From the NCBI GenBank assembly GCA_028716965.1, contig JAQUOV010000004.1, forward strand, positions 8,377 to 72,376: a stretch of 64,000 nt of DNA, in the 5' to 3' direction. This document shows, piece by piece, positions 47,716 to 57,206 of the stretch (positions are counted from its first letter, which is position 1; each line of letters starts with the position of its first letter). The stretch is from Candidatus Omnitrophota bacterium (GTDB lineage Bacteria; Omnitrophota; Gorgyraeia; Gygaellales; Profunditerraquicolaceae). The translations under genes were made by a program, and so were the position numbers. Under the pieces are notes generated by a model. The model was not told the origin of the DNA. It was given only the letters and a program-made list of their open reading frames with translations, and made no database searches.

Positions 47716-47794
47716 ACCTCGCACCTTCTAAGTATCCGACTATTAAAGGTATGAGGTTGAATGGATTTATTAAAGAGGAAGGTGCGGGGTGAAG
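47711..47794 (+). repeat. Family A junction element, copy A3
   Basis: TATGAACCTCGCACCTTCT ... GAGGAAGGTGCGGGGTGAAG. In-frame micro-ORF MNLAPSKYPTIKGMRLNGFIKEEGAG. Supplies the TGA stop of the upstream gene and the GTG start of the downstream gene. Confidence 0.75.
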
Positions 47795-49882
47795 ATACTG
47801 CAGATATTACCGGAGCTTAATGTGGGGGGAGTTGAGACCGGGACCCTGGATTTATCTAAATACCTTGTGCGCCTTGGGCATAAGGTAGTAGTGGTTTCTG
47901 CCGGCGGAAAACTGGTGGAAGAACTTCAGGCATGCGGCGCCAGGCATTACACTCTGGCAGTGCATAAGAAATCAATCTTTTCTATATTTAAATTGGTCCC
48001 AGTATTGGCGCAGATCATTAAACAGGAAGAGATTGATATCGTGCATGCCCGTTCGCGCGTACCGGCATGGATTGCTTATTTTGCCTGCCGCAGGACGCGG
48101 GCCGTATTTGTAACTACCTGCCACGGTTATTATAAAAAACATTTTTTCAGCCTGGTAATGGGCTGGGCCAAGAGGGTGATTGTTTTAAGCAATGTGATCG
48201 CCCGGCACATGATTGATGATTTCGCAGTGCCGCATGAGCGCATCAGGCTTATCCCGCGCAGCGTGGATTTAGAGAGGTTTAAATACCTTGACCCCAAGCT
48301 GAAAAGAAAAGATGAATTTAACGTGGGGATCATCGGCAGGATTACTCCTTTAAAAGGCCACTTGCATTTTATTAAAGCTATGGCGCGCATCTCCAGGATC
48401 GTCCCCCGTTTAAAGATCTGGATAGTCGGCGATGCCCCGGCGTCAAAAGAGGCGTATAAGGAAGAGGTGCAGGTGTTGGTGCGCCGGCTCGGGCTCTGGC
48501 ATTGCACAGAATTTTTGGGCACGCAGCGGGATATCCCGGGGATATTGGCGCATTTAGACCTTGTAGTTCTGGCTACTACAACCCATGAAGCATTCGGCAG
48601 GGTGATCGTTGAGGCCCAGGCTTCCGGCGTGCCGGTAGTAGCTACCAAAGTAGGCGGGGTAATCGATATTATTGAGGATGGGAAAAACGGGCTGTTAGTG
48701 CCTCCTGCCGACCACAAAAGTATGGCGGATGCCGTATTACGTATTTTTGAAGATACGCAGTTAGCTCAGAACCTGGCTGAAAATGCCTATATAAAGATTA
48801 AAGAAAAGTATACCGTAGAGTTGATGGTTAAAAATACCCTGGATGTTTACCGTGAAGCATTAAGCAATTTTAAGCTCCTGATAATCAAATTCAGTTCCCT
48901 GGGGGATATAATCCTATCCACGGCGGCATTAAGGGCAATATGGCAGAAGTTTTCCAAAAGCAATTACAAGATAAGTTTCCTGACCGGGGAGGAATCAAAA
49001 GAGGTGCTCTTAAGGAGCCCTTACATTGACGAGCTTTTGGTATGCGACCTGAAGAATAACGATAAAGGGCTAAAAGGTCTATGGGGTATCGGCAGTGTAT
49101 TAAGAAAAAAGCATTTTGATATGGTCATCGACCTGCAGAATAACCGGGCCAGCCATATACTTTCTTATTTAAGCGGCTGTATTAATTGCTACGGTTATGA
49201 CAACGGGAAGTTTTCCTTTTTGCTCCAGCACCGCATTAAAGACGAGAAGCCTCCTATTGACCCGGTAACGCACCAGTTCAGGATATTGAAGATGCTTGGT
49301 ATTGACCTTTTGGATAATGCGCTTGAGCTCTGGCCTTCTTCCGAAGACGTAAAACATATAGAGGAGCTTTTGAATGCCCAATGGTTAAGCCAGGCGCAGA
49401 AAATAGTAGGTATTAATATCAGCGCTTCCAAGAGATGGAGTACTAAGCTTTGGCCGCACCAGTACCTGGTGCGGCTTTGCGAGGAGCTGGGTATGCGCGA
49501 TATCCGCGTGGTAATCACCGGCACGGCCCAGGATTTAGGTGATGCAGAGCTGCTCGTAAACTCTCTTAAGGGCGCAAAGGTTATTAATGCCTGCGGGAAA
49601 ACCACTGTTAATGAGCTGGCGGTTTTAATTAAAAAATGCCATGTATTTATTTCAGCTGATTCTTCCCCTTTGCATATAGCATCGGCGGTGGGGACACCTT
49701 TTATCGCGCTCTTTGGCCCGACTGACGCCAGGCGGCATCTGCCTCCCGGCAAGGACCGCATTGTGATGAATAAGGATTTAAACTGCAGTCCTTGTTATAA
49801 AACTAAGTGCCGCTCTATGCGCTGTATGAAAGGTATTGCTCCGGATGAGGTGCTATCGGCGGTGGAAAAGTTGCTCAGATGA
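47789..49882 (+). CDS. Glycosyltransferase family 4 fused to family 9 (heptosyltransferase-like) domain
   Basis: N-terminal GT4 (MKILQILPELNVGGVETGTLDL...; EAFGRVIVEAQASGVPVVAT). C-terminal GT9 (LLIIKFSSLGDIILSTAALRAI ... SADSSPLHIASAVGTP). Confidence 0.75.
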   Translation: MKILQILPELNVGGVETGTLDLSKYLVRLGHKVVVVSAGGKLVEELQACGARHYTLAVHKKSIFSIFKLVPVLAQIIKQEEIDIVHARSRVPAWIAYFACRRTRAVFVTTCHGYYKKHFFSLVMGWAKRVIVLSNVIARHMIDDFAVPHERIRLIPRSVDLERFKYLDPKLKRKDEFNVGIIGRITPLKGHLHFIKAMARISRIVPRLKIWIVGDAPASKEAYKEEVQVLVRRLGLWHCTEFLGTQRDIPGILAHLDLVVLATTTHEAFGRVIVEAQASGVPVVATKVGGVIDIIEDGKNGLLVPPADHKSMADAVLRIFEDTQLAQNLAENAYIKIKEKYTVELMVKNTLDVYREALSNFKLLIIKFSSLGDIILSTAALRAIWQKFSKSNYKISFLTGEESKEVLLRSPYIDELLVCDLKNNDKGLKGLWGIGSVLRKKHFDMVIDLQNNRASHILSYLSGCINCYGYDNGKFSFLLQHRIKDEKPPIDPVTHQFRILKMLGIDLLDNALELWPSSEDVKHIEELLNAQWLSQAQKIVGINISASKRWSTKLWPHQYLVRLCEELGMRDIRVVITGTAQDLGDAELLVNSLKGAKVINACGKTTVNELAVLIKKCHVFISADSSPLHIASAVGTPFIALFGPTDARRHLPPGKDRIVMNKDLNCSPCYKTKCRSMRCMKGIAPDEVLSAVEKLLR

Positions 49883-49958
49883 ACCCCGTATCTTCTCTAT
49901 TTAACTATTGAAGCCCATACGGGTTAAAGAATTGGTTAAGAATGAAGGTGCGATGAAT
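49878..49958 (+). repeat. Family A junction element, copy A4 (degenerate)
   Basis: GATGAACCCCGTATCTTCTCTATTTAACTATTGAAGCC ... AAGAATGAAGGTGCGATGAAT. Frame broken by an internal stop; right arm runs in-frame into the ATG of the downstream GT4 gene. Confidence 0.65.
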
Positions 49959-51053
49959 ATATTATTTATAGCTAATCATCTTAATATAGGCGGCATATCC
50001 AGTTACCTGTATGCCTTGGCAGGCGGGTTAAGGGAGGATGGGCATAATGTTTATGTTGCTTCCAGCTCCGGCGAGCTTTTGGAAGACTTTGCGTCAGCGG
50101 GTATAAAACATATAACAATTCCGATAAGCACGAAAAAAGAGGTTAGCCCGAAAATTATAATTAGCTTCTTAAAACTCAAAAAAGAGATCAAAAGATATAA
50201 TATTGATTTGCTGCATTCAAACAGCCGGACTACCCAGGTTTTAGGAAGCCTGTTGAGCCGTTATACGGGGAAGCCACATATCTTTACCTGCCACGGTTTT
50301 TTTAAGCCGAGATTCTCGCGCAGGCTTTTTCCCTGCTGGGGCAAGGCCATGATCGCAATAAGCCGAGAGGTAAAGGAGCATTTGATCTCTGATTTCAAGC
50401 TGGATAATGAGAGGATAAACGTAATCAATAATGGCATAGACCTGCAAAGATTTGGCGATTTCTCCGCCCGGCAAAAACTAAGGGAGGGTTTAGGCATAGG
50501 AAACATTCTTTTGGTCGGTATTGTTGCCCGTTTATCCGATGTCAAAGGGCATACCTACCTGCTTAAAGCTATGCGGTCCGTTATAAAGAGTTTCCCTTTG
50601 GTTAAGCTGCTTATCGTAGGCGAAGGGAAAATGAGGGATATACTGGTAAAGGAAACCGAAGATTTAGGTATTAAAGATAATGTTTTATTTTTGCCGCAAG
50701 CAGGAGGCAGGGAAAATGTGCTTGCGGCAATGGATGTTTTTGTCATGCCGTCATTGCAGGAAGGATTAGGTCTGGCACTTATGGAGGCGATGGCACAGGG
50801 GTTGGCAGTTGTGGGCTCGGCAGTAGGGGGAATAAAGAGTTTGATTAAAGACGGTTATAACGGGCTGCTGGTTGAGCCAGCTTGCCCCGAAGCTTTGGCG
50901 CAGGCAATCATGCGCCTGCTTGGCGATGAGCGGATGCGCAATGTTTTAGGCTCCAACGCGCGCAGGTTCATCACCGATAATTTCTCAAAGAAGAAAATGG
51001 TTGATGCGACAGAAAAGGTCTACGAAAAATGTTTAGAGAAAACGGGTAATTAA
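49953..51053 (+). CDS. Glycosyltransferase family 4
   Basis: Start ATG 49953 (MNILFIANHLNIGG...); the ORF is open from 49908 through the repeat arm. GT4 EX7E region (EGLGLALMEAMAQGLAVVGS). Confidence 0.75.
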   Translation: MNILFIANHLNIGGISSYLYALAGGLREDGHNVYVASSSGELLEDFASAGIKHITIPISTKKEVSPKIIISFLKLKKEIKRYNIDLLHSNSRTTQVLGSLLSRYTGKPHIFTCHGFFKPRFSRRLFPCWGKAMIAISREVKEHLISDFKLDNERINVINNGIDLQRFGDFSARQKLREGLGIGNILLVGIVARLSDVKGHTYLLKAMRSVIKSFPLVKLLIVGEGKMRDILVKETEDLGIKDNVLFLPQAGGRENVLAAMDVFVMPSLQEGLGLALMEAMAQGLAVVGSAVGGIKSLIKDGYNGLLVEPACPEALAQAIMRLLGDERMRNVLGSNARRFITDNFSKKKMVDATEKVYEKCLEKTGN

Positions 51054-51081
51054 TGTTTATTCTCCGGGGGTATAAGCGTAA

Positions 51082-52119
51082 ATGAGCAAGGTTAAGCAGG
51101 CAGAACGTATCCTTATTTTTAATGTTAACTGGCTGGGGGATGTTTTGTTTTCTACCGCCACCATCAGGAATGTGCGCAGGAATTACCCCGAAAGCTATAT
51201 CGCCTGCGTGATCCCCAGCCGTTGTTACCCGATATTAAAAGGCAATCCGCATCTAGATGAAGTGATTATCTTTGATGAAAAAGACAGGCATAAGGGGATG
51301 CTTGCCAAGCTCAATTTTATCAGGCTGCTGAAGAGCAAGAAATTTGATACTGTATTCCTGTTGCACCGTTCATTCAGCCGGGCTCTCATTTGCCGATTGG
51401 CCGGCATAGGGCAGAGGATCGGCTATCATACCAAAAAACGTTCTTTCCTCCTTACCCGCAGGATTGTTATGCCGAAACAGGATTCCCTACACCGCATAGA
51501 TTTTTACCTGAATGTTATTGAAAAGGCGGGGCTGCGCGTAGAAGACAGGTACCTGGATTTTTCTTTTACCCCCGAAGAAGAAAAATATGTGGATGATTTT
51601 TTAAGCCGGAACTCTGTGCATCAAGATGATCTCCTGGTTGTGCTTAACCCCGGGGGAAATTGGATCCCCAAGCGTTGGCCCAGGGATTATTGGGCGCTCC
51701 TGGCGGATAAATTAATCAGCGAAATAAAAGCGAAAGTGGTCATCACCGGCAGCATCTCTGATTTGCCATTGGTTAACCAGATAAAAGAAAAAATGAGAGA
51801 GAAGCCTTTAGTCTCCTGCGGAGTTTTTAATATAAAACACCTGGGTGCGCTGGCCAGGAGGGCGGATATGTTTATTACCGCCGATACCGGCCCGATGCAT
51901 ATCGCCAATGCCGTGGGGGCTAAAAAGGTGATAGCGATTTTCGGGCCGACGGCCAAAGAGATTACCGGCCCCTATCCGGATACGAATGTGGTTATTTTAC
52001 AGAAAGATACCGGCTGCCTGATACCGTGTTATAGGGTAAATTGCCGGAATAACCGTTGCATGAAAGCGGTTACTCCCGATGATGTCTTGGCGCAAATCAG
52101 GAAGATCAGGAAGAGATGA
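51082..52119 (+). CDS. Glycosyltransferase family 9 (ADP-heptose:LPS heptosyltransferase, WaaF/WaaC-like)
   Basis: ILIFNVNWLGDVLFSTATIRNV and TADTGPMHIANAVGAK motifs of GT9. Confidence 0.8.
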   Translation: MSKVKQAERILIFNVNWLGDVLFSTATIRNVRRNYPESYIACVIPSRCYPILKGNPHLDEVIIFDEKDRHKGMLAKLNFIRLLKSKKFDTVFLLHRSFSRALICRLAGIGQRIGYHTKKRSFLLTRRIVMPKQDSLHRIDFYLNVIEKAGLRVEDRYLDFSFTPEEEKYVDDFLSRNSVHQDDLLVVLNPGGNWIPKRWPRDYWALLADKLISEIKAKVVITGSISDLPLVNQIKEKMREKPLVSCGVFNIKHLGALARRADMFITADTGPMHIANAVGAKKVIAIFGPTAKEITGPYPDTNVVILQKDTGCLIPCYRVNCRNNRCMKAVTPDDVLAQIRKIRKR

Positions 52120-54131
52120 AGATACTTTTCGTGACTTTAAGCAATATAGGCGACTGCATTTTGACCCTTCCGGTTTTAGATGCCTTGCGCAACGAATACC
52201 CTCAGGCCCTGATCAGCTGTCTTGTGCCTGAACGGCCTAAGGAAATTTTCATCAACAATCCCGCCGTAGAAAAGATAATCGTTTTTGATAAGCGTTCCAG
52301 CCTGGCGGATAAGATAAAATTGTTCCTTTCTCTGAGCAGGGAAAGGTTTGATATAGTCATTGATTTACGAAACAGCTTTTTCGGGGCCTTCCTGCCGGCT
52401 AAAAAAAGGAGTTCGCCGCTGCGCTTCATTCCGGGCAAGTTCAGGCATATGAAAGATAAGCATCTGTTCTGGGCGGGTTTTGCCGGTTATCCTATGAGGG
52501 ATAAAAAACAGCAATCTTTGGTTATTGCCCCCGAAGATGTTGCTTATATTGAGAAGATTTTGAATAGCCGCGGGCTGACTGACAGCGCTAAATTGATCGT
52601 GGTTTCTCCCGGAGCAAGGAGCCAGGTCAAACGCTGGGATAAGCATAATTTCAGCCTGCTTTGCAGTCGGCTTATAAAAGAAGGCTGGGATATCGCCCTG
52701 GCAGGGGATAAGAGCGATGAGCCTGTATGTGAATATGTTTTTCATGCGGCTCCGGAAAAAATACTCAATCTTTGTTCTAAAACTTCAATCAGCCAACTGG
52801 CTGCCTTGTTAAAAAAATCACGCCTTCTTGTTACTAACGACAGCGCGGTAATGCATTTGGCCAGCTATTTAAATGTCCCGGTTGCTTCAATATTCGGGCC
52901 TACTGATGAAAACAAATACGGTCCCTGGTCGCAGAAGAAACTAATTATAAAAAAAGACATCTTCTGCCGGCCGTGCGAAAAAGCCCAGTGCCGTTTTGCT
53001 ACTCTGGCATGTTTATCTTGCCTGAAGGTTGATGATGTGCTTGGGCAGATAAAGGGTTTGCTTAAGGGTGCGGAAAATCCGGATACCGGCAATACCCGCC
53101 AAAGCTATAGGCGTATCCTGGTTGTGCGCACTGACCGCATAGGCGATGTGCTGTTGTCTACGCCGGTAATTAAAGCTTTAAGGGATAAGTATCCCCAGGC
53201 TTACATTTCCATGATCGTGGCCCCTTATGCGCGGGATATTGTGGAGGGCAACCCGTATCTGGATGAAATTATAATTTATGATAAGGATAACAAACATAAA
53301 GGTTGGCTGCATTCACTTAAATTTGCCCGCAAATTAAGAAAAAAGAGATTTGATTTAGCGGTGATATTACATCCTACCAACCGCATGCATCTGCTGCTTT
53401 TTCTTACCGGGATCCCCAAGCGGTTAGGTTATAAACGCAAATTTGGTTTTTTGAATAATCCGGCAAAAGCCCATCTAAAACAGGAAGGCCTAAAGCATGA
53501 ATCAGAATATAACCTGGATTTAGTGCGCGATTTAGGCATAAGCGGCAATCCGCAGGACCTCTTCATGCCTGTAAGGCAGGAATCAGAGCAGTGGGTCAAT
53601 GATTTATTCTCCGGGTGCGGGATCAAAGAGGCGGATAAATTGCTGGCGATTAATCCCGGCGCAAGCTGTCCCTCAAAGATCTGGCCGGCGGCTAACTTTG
53701 CGCAGGTTGCCGAAATATTAGCCAGGCGGCATAGTTTTAAAATCCTGATTGTCTCCGGGCCCAAGGATACTTTGCTTGCAAACATGATCGCTAATAAAAT
53801 CGGTGAGCAGGCGGTAAACCTGTCCGGCAAGACCTCGGTAAGCCACCTGGCCAGTGTCCTTAAAAGGTGCGTTTTATTTATTTCTAATGATTCCGGGCCG
53901 GTTCATATTGCGTCAAGTTTAGGGGTGCCGGTTGTTTCTATTTTTGGGCGTAACCAGCCCGGGCTTAGCCCGCGGCGCTGGGGGCCGTTAGGCAGGAAGG
54001 ATAAATACCTGCATAAAGACGTAGGCTGCATCCAATGCCTGGCGCATAACTGTAAAAAGGAGTTTGCCTGCCTTAAGGCAATCAGCGTTGAGGATGTGCT
54101 TGCTGCCGTCGAATCCATACTCAAAGGTTAA
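52116..54131 (+). CDS. Tandem double glycosyltransferase family 9 (two heptosyltransferase domains in one ORF)
   Basis: First GT9 domain MKILFVTLSNIGDCILTLPVLDAL ... NDSAVMHLASYLNVP. Second RRILVVRTDRIGDVLLSTPVIKAL ... NDSGPVHIASSLGVP. Confidence 0.75.
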   Translation: MKILFVTLSNIGDCILTLPVLDALRNEYPQALISCLVPERPKEIFINNPAVEKIIVFDKRSSLADKIKLFLSLSRERFDIVIDLRNSFFGAFLPAKKRSSPLRFIPGKFRHMKDKHLFWAGFAGYPMRDKKQQSLVIAPEDVAYIEKILNSRGLTDSAKLIVVSPGARSQVKRWDKHNFSLLCSRLIKEGWDIALAGDKSDEPVCEYVFHAAPEKILNLCSKTSISQLAALLKKSRLLVTNDSAVMHLASYLNVPVASIFGPTDENKYGPWSQKKLIIKKDIFCRPCEKAQCRFATLACLSCLKVDDVLGQIKGLLKGAENPDTGNTRQSYRRILVVRTDRIGDVLLSTPVIKALRDKYPQAYISMIVAPYARDIVEGNPYLDEIIIYDKDNKHKGWLHSLKFARKLRKKRFDLAVILHPTNRMHLLLFLTGIPKRLGYKRKFGFLNNPAKAHLKQEGLKHESEYNLDLVRDLGISGNPQDLFMPVRQESEQWVNDLFSGCGIKEADKLLAINPGASCPSKIWPAANFAQVAEILARRHSFKILIVSGPKDTLLANMIANKIGEQAVNLSGKTSVSHLASVLKRCVLFISNDSGPVHIASSLGVPVVSIFGRNQPGLSPRRWGPLGRKDKYLHKDVGCIQCLAHNCKKEFACLKAISVEDVLAAVESILKG

Positions 54132-54164
54132 TTGATATTTTGTTCTTCGAGATATTGTTCGCAT

Positions 54165-54395
54165 GCGAAAATTTCGCCGTGCGCTAAGCTTTCCGTCTTT
54201 TGTTTCGGCACGAAGATTTTCGCCGTGTGCTTTAAGTTTACGTCTCGCTGCGGCTGCAGTATACTTACGCTGGTAAGATTCTGCCTTCGCTCGACGTAAT
54301 TCCTCGCACACTTTTGCCGAAAATCTTCTAATTGTGCCTTAAGCAAAAGCCGTAAATCTTAGCGAGAGGCAAGTCTCGGCAAACCCGCTAAATTG
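54165..54395 (+). repeat. Family D MITE-like long-hairpin element, copy 2
   Basis: CGCTAAGCTTTCCGTCTTTTGTTTCGGCACGAAGATTTTCGCCGTGTGC ... GCACACTTTTGCCGAAAATCTTCTAATTGTGCC ... CAAAAGCCGTAAATCTTAGCG. Homologous to 29860-30085. Confidence 0.65.
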
Positions 54396-54426
54396 AATAA
54401 ATATCCATTTGCTTTGGGATTAAATT

Positions 54427-55374
54427 GTGCTAAAATCATTGTCTATGATTGATCCAAAGAAGGTAAAAAGGTATTCTATCAAAACACGCTTCAGTAAGGT
54501 GAATGAGAAGGATTTTGCACTTAAGCCGGCTAAACTTAAGAGCTTCCGCGCCTTCTTAGATTCCTTGCCGGATATCCTTAAAGCCAGGGATTTGCGCGCC
54601 CTTTCTGCGGATGTCGCCTCGGCAGCCAGGAAGAAGAAGGCGGTGATTTTGATGGCCGGCGCGCACGTGATTAAGTGCGGGCTTAACCCGGTGTTAATAG
54701 AGCTGATGAGAAAGAAGGTAATCAGCTGTATCTGCCTTAACGGCGCCGGGATCATCCATGATTTTGAGATTGCCTTTCAGGGCAAAACATCCGAAGACGT
54801 TGCCGAAAACCTTAAAAACGGCAGTTTCGGCATGGGCAAGGAAACCGCGGATTTTATTAATCAGGCGGTTAAAGACGGGGTGAGCGAAGGCTTAGGCCTG
54901 GGCAGTTCCGTGGGAAAGATGATCTCCGATGAGAAATTGGCGTATAAGGATTTGAGCCTGCTTTATAACGCTTATAAATATAATCTGCCGGTATGCGTTT
55001 TCGTGGGGATCGGTACGGATATCATCCATCAGCATCCTTCATTTGACGCCGGTTTAACCGCCGAAGGCTCGTTGCGCGATTTCCACACTCTCGTCGAGAA
55101 GATAAGCTCGTTAAACAAAGGGGGAGTGGTTTTAAATTTTGGTTCAGCGGTGCTTTTACCCGAAGTATTCTTAAAAGCGCTTAACCTGGCGCGAAACCTC
55201 GGGAATAAAGTCAAGGATTTTACTACCGCCAACTTTGATATGATTTATCATTACCGGCCGGCGCAGAATGTGGTGAACCGTCCTACTCATTCAGGAGGCA
55301 GGGGCTATTACATTATCGGCCATCACGAGATAATGCTGCCGCTTTTAGCGCAGGCGGTCATCGAAAAAATATGA
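54427..55374 (+). CDS. Deoxyhypusine synthase-like family protein
   Basis: 315 aa. Segments CLNGAGIIHDFE, PVCVFVGIGTDIIHQ and GGVVLNFGSAV parallel the DHS/homospermidine-synthase fold motifs. Embedded within the LPS gene block. Confidence 0.5.
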   Translation: MLKSLSMIDPKKVKRYSIKTRFSKVNEKDFALKPAKLKSFRAFLDSLPDILKARDLRALSADVASAARKKKAVILMAGAHVIKCGLNPVLIELMRKKVISCICLNGAGIIHDFEIAFQGKTSEDVAENLKNGSFGMGKETADFINQAVKDGVSEGLGLGSSVGKMISDEKLAYKDLSLLYNAYKYNLPVCVFVGIGTDIIHQHPSFDAGLTAEGSLRDFHTLVEKISSLNKGGVVLNFGSAVLLPEVFLKALNLARNLGNKVKDFTTANFDMIYHYRPAQNVVNRPTHSGGRGYYIIGHHEIMLPLLAQAVIEKI

Positions 55375-55453
55375 ACCCCGCACCTTTTTTAATTTAGTTA
55401 TTATAAGGTGCAGGGGTTAGAATTCATGAATAAAGAGAAGGTGCGGGGTGAAG
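55370..55453 (+). repeat. Family A junction element, copy A5 (degenerate)
   Basis: TATGAACCCCGCACCTTTTTTAATT ... AAGGTGCAGGGG ... AATAAAGAGAAGGTGCGGGGTGAAG. Micro-ORF broken (MNPAPFLI stop); 1-nt deletion in the right arm. Confidence 0.7.
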
Positions 55454-56464
55454 AACCTAAAAAAGATAATCGCAAAGTTCAATCAGGCAAAGATCTTAGT
55501 TGCCGGCGATCTGATTCTTGATCAGCATATTTGGGGCAATGTTGAAAGAATCTCTCCGGAGGCGCCTGTACCGATTGTCCGCGCCAATAGAAGGAATTAT
55601 GTCCCCGGAGGCGCAGCCAATGTCGCTAACAATATTAGCGCTTTCGGCGCCAAAGTCAGCCTATGCGGGGTATTGGGTGACAGCAAAGACCCGGCTACAG
55701 AAAAGTTTCAGCTTGAGGCTAAGAAACTGGGCATTGATACTAAAGGTGTATTTTTTGAAGAGGGCAGGAAAACAACCCTCAAGACCAGGATTATTGCCGG
55801 CCATCAGCAGGTAGTAAGAGTTGATTGGGAAGATGTGCATAATGTCTCCAGGCATATAAAAGATAAGCTTATTAAATACCTTGTTGATAATATAAGAAAA
55901 TTTGACGCTGTTATTATTGAGGATTATGGAAAGGGGCTTCTTGACCGGCAATTGACGAGGCATATTATTAAAACAGCCAGAGATTTTAAGAAGATAGTAA
56001 CCGTTGATCCGAAAGAGAATAATTTTGATTGCTATAAGCAGGCTACCTGTATTACCCCTAACCGAAAAGAAACCCAGAACGCCATTAGGTATCTTAAGAT
56101 GAATGACCGGGGGAATTTGTTCAGGATTTACAAAGAGGACCTGCTTATGGACGGTGATATTATAAAAGCGGGAGAGGAAATATTGGAGTATTTGCAATTA
56201 GAGAGCCTTTTGATTACGCTTGGCGAAGGCGGCATGTGGCTTTTTGAGAAGGGGCAGAATAAACCTATTCCGACCGTAGCACAGGAGGTTTTTGATGTAT
56301 CAGGCGCAGGGGATACGGTAATCAGCAGTTTTACCCTGGCGCTTTGTGCCGGCGCTTCAAAACTGGAGGCTGCGCATATCGCTAATTTCGCCGCAGGAAT
56401 TGTAGTGGGTAAATTGGGTACTGCTGTAACAAATTGCCGGGAACTTTTAGAGAGGATTAAATAA
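55448..56464 (+). CDS. hldE: D-glycero-beta-D-manno-heptose-7-phosphate kinase (HldE/RfaE domain I, PfkB family)
   Basis: GTG start within the repeat arm. KILVAGDLILDQHIWGNVERISPEAPVP N-terminus and GAGD motif (DVSGAGDT) of RfaE kinase domain. Confidence 0.8.
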   Translation: MKNLKKIIAKFNQAKILVAGDLILDQHIWGNVERISPEAPVPIVRANRRNYVPGGAANVANNISAFGAKVSLCGVLGDSKDPATEKFQLEAKKLGIDTKGVFFEEGRKTTLKTRIIAGHQQVVRVDWEDVHNVSRHIKDKLIKYLVDNIRKFDAVIIEDYGKGLLDRQLTRHIIKTARDFKKIVTVDPKENNFDCYKQATCITPNRKETQNAIRYLKMNDRGNLFRIYKEDLLMDGDIIKAGEEILEYLQLESLLITLGEGGMWLFEKGQNKPIPTVAQEVFDVSGAGDTVISSFTLALCAGASKLEAAHIANFAAGIVVGKLGTAVTNCRELLERIK

Positions 56465-56465
56465 A

Positions 56466-57206
56466 ATGGATGTAATCGCAGTTATACCGGCCAGGTATTC
56501 ATCTACCAGGTTTAAAGCCAAAGTGCTGGCTGATATCATGGGTAAGCCCATGTTGCAGCATGTATGGGAACGGGCTAAGGCAAGCCGCATATTGGATGAT
56601 TTGATTATTGCCTGTGATGATGAGATAATCCGCAAGGCAGCTGTGAAGTTCGGGGCTAAAACCGTGATGACCTCAAAAGAGCATACCTGCGGCACTGACA
56701 GGATAAGCGAGGTGGTCAACCCCCTGGATGTAAAGGTTGTTATAAATATACAAGGGGATGAACCGTTGATCCATCCGATGATGATCGATAATGTCGCGCG
56801 GGCATTATTAGAAGACAGCTCATTGAGCATGGCGACGATTATGAAGAGGATTGAAGACCCCGCGCAGGTTGCCGATCCGAACGTGGTAAAGGTAGTGGTG
56901 GACAAGAACGGCCTTGCCTTGTATTTCTCGCGTGCCCCTATTCCTTATCTGGCAGAGAACGCAGAGGTAAAAGATGCACTTTATTACAAACATATCGGGC
57001 TTTACGGTTATACCAAGGATTTCCTTTTTACTTATAAAAACCTGCCTGTTTCCAATCTTGAGAAGGCCGAGAAACTGGAGCAGCTGCGCGTATTGGCGGA
57101 AGGATTTAAAATTAAAGTGATCGAGACTAAATTTGATACCATAAGCGTGGATACTCCGGAGGACCTGGAGAAGGTGAAAGAATTATTGCAAAAGGGGATA
57201 AGCTGA
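56466..57206 (+). CDS. kdsB: 3-deoxy-manno-octulosonate cytidylyltransferase (CMP-Kdo synthetase)
   Basis: N-terminus MDVIAVIPARYSSTRFKAK and IQGDEPLI motif. Confidence 0.9.
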   Translation: MDVIAVIPARYSSTRFKAKVLADIMGKPMLQHVWERAKASRILDDLIIACDDEIIRKAAVKFGAKTVMTSKEHTCGTDRISEVVNPLDVKVVINIQGDEPLIHPMMIDNVARALLEDSSLSMATIMKRIEDPAQVADPNVVKVVVDKNGLALYFSRAPIPYLAENAEVKDALYYKHIGLYGYTKDFLFTYKNLPVSNLEKAEKLEQLRVLAEGFKIKVIETKFDTISVDTPEDLEKVKELLQKGIS

